Positions 1 to 9,985 of a stretch of 48,842 nucleotides of DNA are shown piece after piece. The stretch covers positions 1,788-50,629 of the forward strand of contig CAZWZX010000001.1 of the NCBI GenBank assembly GCA_964638655.1. The letters are read 5' to 3'. A model generated the notes under the pieces. It was not told the DNA's origin. It did not search any database and saw only the letters and a list, made by a program, of their open reading frames with translations. Position 1 is the stretch's first letter; every line of letters starts with the position of its first letter. The position numbers and the translations under genes are program-made. This stretch comes from an uncultured Natronomonas sp. Its GTDB lineage: Archaea; Halobacteriota; Halobacteria; Halobacteriales; Haloarculaceae.

Positions 1-9
1 GAAAGCAGT

Positions 10-993
10 TCACTCCCCGACCGTCACCCGTGGGTCGATGACACCGTAGACGATGTCGACCAGGAAGTTGGCGATGATGACGAAGGCCGCGACGATGAAG
101 AAGACGAACTGGACGACCGGGTAATCGCGGGCCAAAACGCCCTCGACGAGCGCGAACCCGATCCCGGGCCAGTTGAACACCGTCTCGATCAACACGAGCC
201 CGCCGAGGGCCCGGCTCATCGAGACGGGATAGACGGTGATGACCGGCAGCGAGGAGTGTTTCGCGAGGTGCCGCCACCGTTTGACGACCGGGAGCCCGGT
301 GAGCCGATGGTACTCCATGAAGTCTTTGTCCTTCGTCTCGACGACGCTCGTTCGCATTATCAGCGACGGCATGAACAGATACCGGAGGATGACCGCGACG
401 AACGGCAGCACGTAGTGGTGGGCGAAGTTGAACGTGAGATAGGGCGTCCACCAGGTCGTGTGCTCGCCCCGTATCCCGGGCGACAACATCCCGGACGTCG
501 GGAACCAGTTCAATGCGGACGCGAATATCACGATCAGCACGATTGCGGTGAAAAACGACGGGAACGAGCCGCTGAAGATGAGCGGGACGAGTCCCCACTT
601 CTCGAGCCGCGATCCCCGGCTGCTCCCGATGATCGTCCCGATGACCGAGCCCAGGATGTAGGCGAAGGTGATCGCGGGAGCGACCAGGATGAACGTGTTG
701 AATATCTTCATCTTGGTGAACTCCCAGACGTCGGTGCCGTAAACGACCGAGTCACCGACGTCCAACATGACGAAGTTCGAGACGTACCGCCAGTACTGTA
801 CGTACAGCGGGTCGTTCAACCCCCATCGTTCCTCGACCGCCGCGATCGCGTCCGGACCCGCCCCCGCCTGAACCATCCGAGCGGTGAAATCGCCCGGCAT
901 CAGCCGGAACATGAGCCACAGCCCCGAGAGCACCAACCAGAGAACGAACACCGTCTGGACGGTCCGGACCCCGATGTATTTTAACCGTGACAT
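10..993 (-). CDS. ABC transporter permease, DppB/OppB family
   Basis: 327 aa hydrophobic; N-terminal 'RLMPGD...WGLNDPLYVQYWRY...DVGDS' and C-terminal 'LIETVFNWPGIG...RDYPVVQ' are DppB signatures; GGAGG upstream. Confidence 0.93.
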   Translation of the reverse strand: MSRLKYIGVRTVQTVFVLWLVLSGLWLMFRLMPGDFTARMVQAGAGPDAIAAVEERWGLNDPLYVQYWRYVSNFVMLDVGDSVVYGTDVWEFTKMKIFNTFILVAPAITFAYILGSVIGTIIGSSRGSRLEKWGLVPLIFSGSFPSFFTAIVLIVIFASALNWFPTSGMLSPGIRGEHTTWWTPYLTFNFAHHYVLPFVAVILRYLFMPSLIMRTSVVETKDKDFMEYHRLTGLPVVKRWRHLAKHSSLPVITVYPVSMSRALGGLVLIETVFNWPGIGFALVEGVLARDYPVVQFVFFIVAAFVIIANFLVDIVYGVIDPRVTVGE

Positions 994-1080
994 TTTATGT
1001 CCCTCCCGCGTTCCGCGGTGTTTCGCCGTCGTCGGTCAGTTCTCGATCCCGCCCGAAAGATGCTGTTTCTCCGTTTCATG

Positions 1081-2124
1081 TTATTCGACCGCCTGTGACG
1101 GTTTCTTCCGCGCTTCGGATTCGGTGTGCTCCTCGTGGTCGTAGTAGAGATGACACGCGACCTGCTGATCGGCGTCTCCGTCCCCGTGGGGGAGATACTC
1201 CGGCGTGGTCTCACAGATGTCCATCCGATCGGGACAGCGGTCCCGGAACCGACAGCCGTCACCGAGGTTGATCGGGTCCCGCGGTGACCCTTCCATCTCC
1301 GTCCGTGGTCGATCGTGGTTCGGATCCGGGATCGGAACCGCGGAGATCAACGCCTGCGTGTACGGATGCAGCGGATCGTCGACGAGCCGTTTGGTCGGAG
1401 CCGTCTCGACGATCCGACCGAGATACATCACGTTCACCTCCTCGGCGACGTACGAGACGGTGGAGAGGTCGTGTGAGATGTATATCATCGCCACGTCCAT
1501 CTCGTCGGTCAGTCGTCGGAGCATGTTCAGGACGGCCGCCTGCGTCGACACGTCGAGCATCGATACCGGCTCGTCGGCCAGTATGACGTCCGGTTCGAGG
1601 ATCAACGCTCTCGCGATCGAGACGCGCTGTTTTTCGCCGCCGCTGAGGTTTCTCGGGAGCTTCTGGCTGTACTTCTCCGGCGGATCCAACTCCACCTGCT
1701 TGAGGATCTCGTGGACCCGTCGGTCGCGGTCCCCGATGTTGTGGATCCTGAGCGGCTCTTTGAGCGTCTCCTCGACGCTCAGTTTCGGATCCAGCGAATT
1801 GAACGGGTCCTGGAAGATGACCTGTACGTCCCGCCTGAACTCCTTCCAGTCCGACGAGGTGAATCCGGCCGTGTCCCGCCCTTTGAATCGCATCGTGCCG
1901 CCAGTGATGTCGTGTAACCCCATCAGCGTGAACAGAAGCGTCGTCTTCCCGCAGCCGCTTTCGCCGATGACCGCGATCGAGTCGTTCTCTTCTATGCGGA
2001 GATCGACTCCGTCGACGGCCTGGATCCTGTCGGGGTCGCGCCGAAACAGCGTGTCGACGAGGCTCGTCTGCTGTGTGAAGTGCTTTTCGAGGTTTTCCGT
2101 TTCGAGTATCGGTCCTTTCGTCAT
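1081..2124 (-). CDS. Oligopeptide/dipeptide ABC transporter ATP-binding protein (DppF/AppF-like)
   Basis: Walker A GESGCGKT, Q-loop IFQDP, LSGGEKQR, ADEP, C-terminal HPYT and GCRFRDRC...VACH domain. Confidence 0.95.
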   Translation of the reverse strand: MTKGPILETENLEKHFTQQTSLVDTLFRRDPDRIQAVDGVDLRIEENDSIAVIGESGCGKTTLLFTLMGLHDITGGTMRFKGRDTAGFTSSDWKEFRRDVQVIFQDPFNSLDPKLSVEETLKEPLRIHNIGDRDRRVHEILKQVELDPPEKYSQKLPRNLSGGEKQRVSIARALILEPDVILADEPVSMLDVSTQAAVLNMLRRLTDEMDVAMIYISHDLSTVSYVAEEVNVMYLGRIVETAPTKRLVDDPLHPYTQALISAVPIPDPNHDRPRTEMEGSPRDPINLGDGCRFRDRCPDRMDICETTPEYLPHGDGDADQQVACHLYYDHEEHTESEARKKPSQAVE

Positions 2125-2127
2125 GAG

Positions 2128-3162
2128 TTAATCACTCCGGCCCTTTTTCGCCGCTGCCAGTTCGAAATCGTCCCTGTTGTACTCTCGGTGGGCCTCGTCC
2201 TTCCTGAAACACGAGGCGTACTGGCCGTCGCCCCCGTCCTCGACCGTCTCGAGAGGGGGCGCCTTCTCCCGACACTCCTCGGCCGCCCACGGGCACCGTT
2301 CGACGAAACTACAGTGATCGACCTCGCCGAGCAACTGCGGTGGGTGTCCCTCGATGATCTGCAGTTCGCGATCCGGCTCGCGGATGTCGGGGAACGCGTC
2401 CTTGAACAGGATCGCGTACGGATGGCGGGGCGATTCGTACACGTCGGACACCGTGCCCCGCTCGGCTATCTGACTCGCGTGCATGATCGCGACCGTATCA
2501 CACGACTCGAAGATGACGCTGATGTCGTGTGTGATCAAAAGCAGGCTCGTGTCCTCCCCTTTGACCTTGTCGAGGTATTTGAAGATCTGATCCTGCATGA
2601 TGACGTCCAGCGCCGTCGTCGGTTCGTCGGCGATGATGAGATCCGGATCCAAAAACAGCGCGAGCGCGATGATCGCACGCTGTTGCATCCCGCCGGAGAA
2701 CTGGTGCGGGTAGTCGTCGATACGGCTCCCCTGGAGGCCGACGATCTCGAACAGTTCTTTGAACTTATCGCGTGCCTCCGACTCTTCGAGATCCGTGTGT
2801 ACGTCCGCGATCTCGAGCGCCTGGTCGATCACCCTCTGGAGCGGGTCGAGACTGTTCATCGACCCTTGGGGGATCCAGGAGATCTCCGTCCACCGGAGCT
2901 CCTCGCTGAGCTGTTTGTCGGTCAGCCCTTGGATCTCCCGTCCCTTGTATCGGATCGTTCCGCTCGCGACCTCGCCGTTGTCGTCGAGGCCGCCGATGAT
3001 GCCTTTCGCCAACGTGCTCTTACCGGACCCGGATTCGCCGGCGAGGCCGAGAAACTGGCTCGGTTCGATCGTGAACGATGCGTTCGAGACGGCGGTCAAC
3101 ATGCCGTCTTTCGTTTCGTACTGGATCGTTAGGTCTTCTGCTTCGAGTAGCGGTTCACTCAT
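2128..3162 (-). CDS. Oligopeptide/dipeptide ABC transporter ATP-binding protein (DppD/AppD-like)
   Basis: [32 protein letters not shown] and CSFVERCP C-terminal domain. Confidence 0.95.
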   Translation of the reverse strand: MSEPLLEAEDLTIQYETKDGMLTAVSNASFTIEPSQFLGLAGESGSGKSTLAKGIIGGLDDNGEVASGTIRYKGREIQGLTDKQLSEELRWTEISWIPQGSMNSLDPLQRVIDQALEIADVHTDLEESEARDKFKELFEIVGLQGSRIDDYPHQFSGGMQQRAIIALALFLDPDLIIADEPTTALDVIMQDQIFKYLDKVKGEDTSLLLITHDISVIFESCDTVAIMHASQIAERGTVSDVYESPRHPYAILFKDAFPDIREPDRELQIIEGHPPQLLGEVDHCSFVERCPWAAEECREKAPPLETVEDGGDGQYASCFRKDEAHREYNRDDFELAAAKKGRSD

Positions 3163-3166
3163 ATGG

Positions 3167-4117
3167 TTACCCTGACATTGCCGTATCGATTTCCTGGTCT
3201 TCGCCGCTTTCGCCGGCCGCGAGCGATTCGTATCCTCGACCGAACATGAACGTCGACAGCACCGTCATGCCGATCAGAAATCCGGGGACGATCGACCACC
3301 ACCAGGCGGACGCCATATAGCCCGACTGGAAGGCGTTTCGCACCATCACGCCCCACGAGGGAACGAACGGATCGACGACGCCGAGAAACGCGAGTCCGGC
3401 CTGGATGAGGATCGAGTACCCGACACCGAGGGCGAAAAACAGGATCGCCATCGGCATCACGTTCGGAAGGATATGTTTGAAGATGATCCGAGGGGTGCTC
3501 GCCCCGGACGCGGTCGCCGCCGTGATGAACGGATACTCCTTGATCTGGAGCACCTGTGATCGTAACACGCGGGCGCTGGAGCGCCAAAGCACCAACCCGA
3601 TCACGAGGATCGACGTAAAGAACCCGACGCCGAGCAGCGTGACGATGACGATCGCGAACGGCAAAAGCGGAACGCCGTAGACGAAATCCGTAAACCGCAT
3701 CAGTACGTTCTCGGTCCGGCCACCGACGTATCCCGCCGTTATTCCGATCGACATCCCCATCGCGATAATGATCCCGCCGCCCAACAGTCCGGTAAGTACC
3801 GTCGGCCGGGCGCCGATCAGAACCCGGGAGAACACGTCGTACCCGGCCCAGGTGGTTCCGAGTGGGTGTTCCGCGGACGGTGGCTGTAGATCCTTTATTT
3901 CACCAGTCTCTTCGTCGTATAGCGTTCTGTCCGGCTCGTGTGGCGCAACCCATGGTCCGACGAGTCCCAAGACGAGGATCCCGACGAGGACGAGGAAGAA
4001 GAACGTCGTCGTCTTGTCCTCCAGCATGAGGTTTAGCCCCTTGATGAAGTTCTGGATCATGTAGTTGCCCGTAACGCCCCCGGCTAGGGACGCGATCCAG
4101 CTCACTAACTGTACCAT
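3167..4117 (-). CDS. ABC transporter permease, DppC/OppC family
   Basis: PPSAEHPLGT...GYDVFSR, AGYVGG, HILPN, LAFLG..PSWG motifs. Start moved to ATG 4117 because TTTAAT lies 26-31 nt upstream. Confidence 0.92.
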   Translation of the reverse strand: MVQLVSWIASLAGGVTGNYMIQNFIKGLNLMLEDKTTTFFFLVLVGILVLGLVGPWVAPHEPDRTLYDEETGEIKDLQPPSAEHPLGTTWAGYDVFSRVLIGARPTVLTGLLGGGIIIAMGMSIGITAGYVGGRTENVLMRFTDFVYGVPLLPFAIVIVTLLGVGFFTSILVIGLVLWRSSARVLRSQVLQIKEYPFITAATASGASTPRIIFKHILPNVMPMAILFFALGVGYSILIQAGLAFLGVVDPFVPSWGVMVRNAFQSGYMASAWWWSIVPGFLIGMTVLSTFMFGRGYESLAAGESGEDQEIDTAMSG

Positions 4118-4142
4118 CGTTTTCCGATTCAGGGAGGGTGAT

Positions 4143-4148
4143 ATTAAA
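4143..4148 (-). promoter_or_regulatory. Putative archaeal TATA box for the dppC-D-F-B unit
   Basis: TTTAAT on the minus strand at leaderless spacing from ATG 4117. Confidence 0.55.
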
Positions 4149-4322
4149 TCCTTTGTCACGACGATAATAACCAATGAGTGTCATTCTAGGACGCCGTTCT
4201 CAGCCGATAGTTCCCACGTCGATCGGATCGATACACGGACGCACATGCGAAAATCAGGCAGGATACTGTAAGAACGAACGACACGCTTATTTCGAGCCGT
4301 TTCGAAGAGCGGACCTGACAAG

Positions 4323-4766
4323 ATGGACACTTCCTGTAGACGACGAACGCTGCTGTCAGTGGGCGCGATCGCCCTCGCCGGGTGTACGTCCGGTGGCGGG
4401 AGCGATAACGTCGATTCGTCCGGAGACGGGCCTTCGACCGATCACGAGGTCGAGATCCACGACGACGCGTTTCATCCCGCCGTCCTCCGGACAGCGGTCG
4501 ATGATCGGGTCGTGTGGCGAAACACCGACTCGGGTGTTTACACCGTCACCGCGAAGGAGGGGACGCTCCCCCCGGACGCCGAGTACTTCGCCAGCGGCGG
4601 CCTCGGTTCGGAGACGGTCGCACAGCTTCTGTACCCCTTCGTGGGACAGATACGGAGCGGCGATACGTACGCCTACACGCCGACCGTTCCCGGTGAGTAC
4701 GAGTATTACTCGATCACCCAACAGTCCCGGGGGTACGAGATGTCGGGCACACTCGTCGTCGAGTGA
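4323..4766 (+). CDS. Halocyanin/plastocyanin-like cupredoxin-fold Tat lipoprotein with degenerate copper site
   Basis: RRRTLL twin-Arg, LAGC lipobox, then F.P..L....D.VVW.N, YFASGG, G.Y.YY and MSGTLVVE; ligand positions read Y, S, Q, M instead of H, C, H, M. Confidence 0.8.
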   Translation: MDTSCRRRTLLSVGAIALAGCTSGGGSDNVDSSGDGPSTDHEVEIHDDAFHPAVLRTAVDDRVVWRNTDSGVYTVTAKEGTLPPDAEYFASGGLGSETVAQLLYPFVGQIRSGDTYAYTPTVPGEYEYYSITQQSRGYEMSGTLVVE

Positions 4767-4775
4767 TCGGGTGCG

Positions 4776-5954
4776 TCACCCGCCCGTCTCGAAGAACGCC
4801 TCGATCGCTCCCTCGTAGGCGCCGACCGACGCCGTGAGTTCCGCGACGTCGATCGACTCGTCGACCGTGTGTGCCTGTCCCTCGATACTTCCCGGACCGA
4901 ACAGTACCGTCGGAATCTCAGCCTCTGAGAGATAGCCCGCATCGGTACCGGCGTTGAAGCCGGTGTGCTCGATATCGGATCCGATCCCATCGAGCGCCGC
5001 CTCGAGTGCGCCGACGACGGGTTCGTCCGCGGCGATATCGGCGGCCGGTTTGAAGTTCCATCTGTCGATAGCGGGTTCGACCGGTTCGTCCTCGATCGTG
5101 ATCCCGGTTATCGCCTCCTCGACCTTCCGGTCGTACCACTCGGGATCGCTCGACATTCCGGGGAGAAACCGCCAGTCGAACGTGATCGTGGCCTCGCCGG
5201 GGACGATGTTCGGGGCGGTCCCACAGGAGATCCGTGTCACCGTTATCGTCGAGCTCGGGACGAGCAGTTCGTGTGTGTGCGTCGCCATCTCGTCGTCGAG
5301 CGCTTCGAGCCGTCCGACGATCCCCGGGACGGCGCTCGCCGCGTTCGTTCCCTGATCCGGTCTCCCCGAGTGGACGCTCTCGCCCCGCACGGTCACGTCG
5401 TACCGGAGGGCGCCCTTGTTCGCGCGTCCGACGGTGAGGTTCGTCGGCTCGCCGAGGATCGCGGCGTCGGCGTCGATCCCCTGCCGGACCAGCTCCCGTG
5501 TCCCCCGTCCGCCCGCCTCTTCGTCCCCGACGAACGCGAGAATCACTTCCCCCGGCGCGTCGGTGCTCGCGAAATAGGATTCGACGCCGAGCAACATTCC
5601 CGCCAGCGGTCCTTTCATATCGGCGATCCCGCGCCCGACGAGTCTGTCCCCCCGCCGGGTCAGCTCGAACGGCGGCACGGACCACTCCGCCTCGGTCGCC
5701 GGAACGACGTCGATGTGGCCGGTCAGCAGTAGCGTTCCGCGTGTCGGATCGCCGGCGCGGGCGACCACGTTCTGACGGTCCGGGTCGTCGGGATGGATCC
5801 GCTGGGTTTCGATATCGAACTCGACGGGCGACGCCTCGAACCGATCGACGAGATACTCGACGAGCTCCGCCTCCCCGCCCGGCGGGTTCACCGTCGGAAC
5901 GGAAACGAGCTCTCGGGCTTCCTCGATAACGCGCGCTTCGTCTGAAGGTGCCAT
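4776..5954 (-). CDS. M20 family metallohydrolase (ArgE/DapE-like deacylase/peptidase)
   Basis: LTGHIDVVP, GRGIADMKG, DEEAG, GEPT, GESVHSG, GTDA, AHTVDE. Confidence 0.92.
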   Translation of the reverse strand: MAPSDEARVIEEARELVSVPTVNPPGGEAELVEYLVDRFEASPVEFDIETQRIHPDDPDRQNVVARAGDPTRGTLLLTGHIDVVPATEAEWSVPPFELTRRGDRLVGRGIADMKGPLAGMLLGVESYFASTDAPGEVILAFVGDEEAGGRGTRELVRQGIDADAAILGEPTNLTVGRANKGALRYDVTVRGESVHSGRPDQGTNAASAVPGIVGRLEALDDEMATHTHELLVPSSTITVTRISCGTAPNIVPGEATITFDWRFLPGMSSDPEWYDRKVEEAITGITIEDEPVEPAIDRWNFKPAADIAADEPVVGALEAALDGIGSDIEHTGFNAGTDAGYLSEAEIPTVLFGPGSIEGQAHTVDESIDVAELTASVGAYEGAIEAFFETGG

Positions 5955-6137
5955 ACCGACCCTCAGTGGACACTACAGTATAGTTCAACTGGTTCGTATA
6001 AAAATCGAGAAATCGATGAGAGACGTCGTCGCGCTCGATCGCGCGTCGGGAACTGACCGTCGTCGAAACCGGTATCTGGCGCGCCGTATACCGTTCGGCG
6101 GACTCGATCCAGTCGCGTGTCGATCGGTCCGTTCGGG

Positions 6138-7973
6138 TCAGTCCCGCATCTCTTCGAGACACGGGAAGTCATCCACGCTCGGCTCTTCCCCTTCGGGCCA
6201 CAGCGGTTCGAGGTCGGCGTCCGGCGGGTAGTGGAGTTCGCCGTCGCCGTCCCATCCCCAGCCCGCGTCCATGAGGTATTCGCGAGCCTGATCGAGGTCC
6301 CCGGACGGGTCGTCCGTCGCGAGCGGAGCCTCGTCCGGATCGACCGCGTTGGGGTGGGCCGGATGGAGCACGGAGTCGACGATGGTCGGCTCGACCTCGC
6401 CGCGGAACGCGACCGCGGCCATCTCCTGACGGTCGAGACACGCGCTGATCGCCCGTCGGAACGGCTGGAACTTCGAGGGCGCCTCGGGATGGGTGAACGC
6501 GAGGTAGTGACCGACGAACCCCTCCGCGAGGTACATCTCGTACGGCCCCTCCTCCTCGTCGGCCCGGAACGCGGCGCCGATCGACGATTCCGGGAGGATG
6601 TGGACCTCGTCCGAAAGCAGCGCCGAAGCCGCCGTTTCCTCCTCGCGGAACGGCTGGAAGATGAGTCCCTGTTCGGGCGGATAAACGGGGTGGCCGTCGT
6701 GCGGGACCATCTCCATCGTCTCCCCGGTCGCGAGCGTCGTGACCTCGTAGGGACCGGATCCGACCTCCGACTCCCACTCGAAGCCGTCGGGATTTTCGAG
6801 CGCGCCTTCGGCCTCGAAGGACTCTCTGTGCATGATCCCCCACCGCGCCATCTCCGTCGCGACGAACGGGAGATACGGCTCCTCGAAGTTGAACGTCAGG
6901 TTCAGATCGTCGTGAATCTCGATCCCGTCGTCGAACGGCGGCTCCTCGCCGCCCTCGAACGGCGGCGTGACGACGCGCGGATAGACGCCGGCGTTCCCGC
7001 CGCGAGTGAGCTGTTCCCACGTGAATTTCACGTCCTCGGCAGTGATCTGGTCGCCGTTGTGGAACGTGGCGTCGTCGCGGAGCGTCACGTCGATCGTGAA
7101 CGCGTCTTCGACCTCCCAGGATTCGGCGATGATCGGCTGGAGTTCGAAGTCCTCGTCGAACTGTATCAACGGCGAGTGGATGATGTGGTTCCACGCGAAC
7201 AGCGCCTGCCCGTTGGTGAACGTCTGGAAGTTCCGCGATTCGAGCATGACCGGATCGATCGCCGCGACCATCGGATCCACGCTCGCGGTGCTCTTGATGA
7301 AGACGCTCGGGTTGATGCGGGCGATACCGGACGCGCCGACGCCCTGGAGATCGACGATGTCGTCGTTGTAGGCGCCGATGATCGGGTTCGGCGTGACCTG
7401 AACGCCGTGGACGTCCTCGATCATCTCCATCTGCGCCGCCTCGATGATCTCCTCGCGCTCTTGTTGAGTCTCCGCGGTTGCCTGCTCGAACACCAGCTCC
7501 GAGTACTCACAGTTCGCGTAGTTGCCGACGTTACCCCGTCCGTTTCCACCGGCCCAGTCGATAACGTTCCGCCGGAGAATCGAGTTCGGGTCGAGTCGGT
7601 CCGCGTTGTTCGTGTGCCACCAGAACGTGGCGTCCATCGACCGCTGATCGCCGAAAACGTTCGAGGTGTTCGTCGAGAACTCGACGGGGACGACCTCGAC
7701 GTCGAGCCCTAGATCCTCCATGTTCCGACGGATGGTCGGGAGCATGTTCTCCTGCATCGTCGTAAAGCCCCCGTAGTCCGACCAGTACTCCAGACTGAAC
7801 GTCGGAACGCGCTCGCCGAGATCCTCGTCGGCGGTCTCGGGAGCGTCGCTCCCGTTGCCGTTGCCGTTGCCGTTCCCAGCACAGCCCGCCAGGCCGACGG
7901 CGGATGCCGCCCCCAGCGTCTTCATTATAGTTCGTCGTTTTATAGACCGCGAGTGGTCTGTCTCTGATGACAT
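6138..7973 (-). CDS. ABC transporter substrate-binding protein, family 5 (Tat lipoprotein)
   Basis: IKRRTIM twin-Arg, LAGC lipobox, GN linker, IAESW...TLRDDATFHNGDQITAEDVKFT, VGSGPY, FRRAIS..LDR; GGAGGT SD at 7980-7985. Confidence 0.92.
   Translation of the reverse strand: MSSETDHSRSIKRRTIMKTLGAASAVGLAGCAGNGNGNGNGSDAPETADEDLGERVPTFSLEYWSDYGGFTTMQENMLPTIRRNMEDLGLDVEVVPVEFSTNTSNVFGDQRSMDATFWWHTNNADRLDPNSILRRNVIDWAGGNGRGNVGNYANCEYSELVFEQATAETQQEREEIIEAAQMEMIEDVHGVQVTPNPIIGAYNDDIVDLQGVGASGIARINPSVFIKSTASVDPMVAAIDPVMLESRNFQTFTNGQALFAWNHIIHSPLIQFDEDFELQPIIAESWEVEDAFTIDVTLRDDATFHNGDQITAEDVKFTWEQLTRGGNAGVYPRVVTPPFEGGEEPPFDDGIEIHDDLNLTFNFEEPYLPFVATEMARWGIMHRESFEAEGALENPDGFEWESEVGSGPYEVTTLATGETMEMVPHDGHPVYPPEQGLIFQPFREEETAASALLSDEVHILPESSIGAAFRADEEEGPYEMYLAEGFVGHYLAFTHPEAPSKFQPFRRAISACLDRQEMAAVAFRGEVEPTIVDSVLHPAHPNAVDPDEAPLATDDPSGDLDQAREYLMDAGWGWDGDGELHYPPDADLEPLWPEGEEPSVDDFPCLEEMRD
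7854..7877 (-). repeat. (Gly-Asn)4 coding linker repeat after the lipobox Cys
   Basis: GGGAAC(GGCAAC)3 on the minus strand, followed by GS. Confidence 0.85.
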
Positions 7974-8571
7974 ACGGTTACCTCCAAAGAAAGTTAATCA
8001 TATATCTCTTTCCATTTTTGTCATAATGGGACTGCAATACTGTTTTAATATCCATATATACTGAACACATCATTATTTCTCCGGGATCAAAGAGGACAGT
8101 TGTCGACAGACGCTCCGGAAAGAGGGACCCCGCCACGGCGATCAGTCGATCGGCCGTTCGGTATTTTCGGACGCGAATGGAGCCGGCATTCGCCTACGAG
8201 CCGGGGTCGGATCCGTATCTGTGTTTTTCACCGCCGAATTTATTTATATGGTCGCTAAAATGCACTATTCTCTGAGTATTCAGGCATTTATTCCCAGAAT
8301 AAGAAACGAACTGTACAGCCGAACATGCCGAACGACCGATCGATACCGACGGCAATTACTGACACCGGCAATCGGTTCTCGAACGGTTGATGCGCCGCTC
8401 GAGGACGGCCATACTCACAGAATCGTTCGTCCCGTATTTTTCCGAGAGTCGTTCGACATATCCGTCCCGTCCGCCGTTTTATTTTCCGGGGAAGTCGGTC
8501 CGGAGTCATCCCCCTGTCGACCCGGACACGGTCGGCGAGGGCTCCCCGAACGCATCGGATATCTCGTATTT

Positions 8572-8588
8572 GAATAACAGTGTTATTC
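8572..8588. promoter_or_regulatory. Perfect inverted repeat GAATAACA-G-TGTTATTC, candidate transcription-factor site
   Basis: 8-bp arms, 1-nt spacer, AT-rich in GC-rich context; function not shown. Confidence 0.4.
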
Positions 8589-8639
8589 CTGTTATGTTAA
8601 AGACGGGTCGTTCCGTTCGGCTCGATCTCGGGCCGTCGT

Positions 8640-9893
8640 TCACTCGAGTGCGAGTTCCGCTATCGCCTCCGCGAGGACCCTCGTCGCTTCCGTGCAGTCC
8701 CCCCAGTCGGTCCACTCGAGCGGATTGTGGGAGATCCCGTCCCTGGAGCGGACGAACAGGAGTCCGACGTCGGTGGCCCGCCCGATGGCCATCGTGTCGT
8801 GTCCGGCGCCCGAGTGCAGTTCAGTCGTACCGATGTCCGCTCGGTCGCTACCGGCGTAAAGCGCGTTCCGGCAGCGTTCGCTCATCCCCACCGGCCGGAC
8901 GTCGAAAGACCGATCGATGTCCGTGGAGATCCCCTCCCGATCGGTCTCGATCCGGGCCAGACTCTTCCGCGCCCGATCGACGAGGGCGTCTATCGGTTCG
9001 GGATCGACATCGCGGATATCGAGGCCGAGATCGACCCGTCCCGGAACGACGTTTATACCGTTCGGCCGAACGGTCGCCGATCCGACGGTACCGACGGCCG
9101 CCGAACTGTCCGTCGCGACGACCTCCTTTGCCGCCCGTTCGACGTCGAGGACGAACTCGGCGGCCGCCGCCAGCGAGTCGTGTCGATCGCCCATCGGCGT
9201 CGTGCCGGCGTGGTTCGCCTCGCCCGTTATCTCGACGTCACATCGGGCGATCCCGGTGATCGTCGTGACGACGCCGACCGGGACGTCCCGTTCCTCTAAG
9301 ACGGTGTGCTGTTCGACGTGAAGTTCCAACCAAGCGTCCCACTCGGCCGCGTCGAGGCGATCGCTCCCACGGTATCCGATCGACTCCAGTGCCGATTCCA
9401 ACGCCACACCGTCGCTATCAACCGATTCGAGTGCGGCTTCGACAGCGAGTTCGCCCGCCGCCACTTTCGATCCGACGAGCGGATCGAACCGCGTTCCCTC
9501 CTCCTCGGTGAAGGAGACGACCTCGATCGGGCGGTCGGGCTCGATATCGGATTCCTGTATCGCCCGTACGGCTTCGAGCGCCGCGTAGACGCCGAGTGGA
9601 CCGTCGAAGATCCCACCTTCGGGCACCGAGTCGAGATGGCTTCCCGCCGCGACGGGGGCGGCGTCGGGATCGGCGCTCTCCGGCGTCCACCGGCCGGCGA
9701 TGTTTCCGACGCCGTCCACGCGAACCGTCAGTCCGGCGTCCTCCAGGCGGTCGACGAGATGCTCTCTGGCGGCCCTGTCGGCTTCCGTCCCGACGAGGAC
9801 GGATCGGCCCCGTCCGTCCTCGGCGTCTATGGCCCCGAACTCGGCGTTGGCTTCGATTTCCGCCCGCAGCCGAGTGCTGTTTACTGATATCAC
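8640..9893 (-). CDS. Zn-dependent N-carbamoyl-amino-acid/allantoate amidohydrolase family protein (HyuC/AllC/PydC-like), copy 1
   Basis: GSHLDSVPEGGIFDGPLGV, EEEGTRF, ELHVEQ, GEANHAGTTPM..R.D, SGAGHD, GISHNPLE; GTG start. Confidence 0.92.
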   Translation of the reverse strand: MISVNSTRLRAEIEANAEFGAIDAEDGRGRSVLVGTEADRAAREHLVDRLEDAGLTVRVDGVGNIAGRWTPESADPDAAPVAAGSHLDSVPEGGIFDGPLGVYAALEAVRAIQESDIEPDRPIEVVSFTEEEGTRFDPLVGSKVAAGELAVEAALESVDSDGVALESALESIGYRGSDRLDAAEWDAWLELHVEQHTVLEERDVPVGVVTTITGIARCDVEITGEANHAGTTPMGDRHDSLAAAAEFVLDVERAAKEVVATDSSAAVGTVGSATVRPNGINVVPGRVDLGLDIRDVDPEPIDALVDRARKSLARIETDREGISTDIDRSFDVRPVGMSERCRNALYAGSDRADIGTTELHSGAGHDTMAIGRATDVGLLFVRSRDGISHNPLEWTDWGDCTEATRVLAEAIAELALE

Positions 9894-9985
9894 GTCCCGA
9901 GAATGTTCTCTCGGCGACTAAACGGTTGTGTTCGCCGCAACCGAGGGCGCTGAATCCGCCCGTCCGGTAGCGACACACGGAGCGA

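Noticed and set aside
8221-8577. 118-aa plus-strand ORF in the intergenic gap (likewise 34274-34582)
   Set aside because: Not acidic, atypical codon use, no recognisable domain
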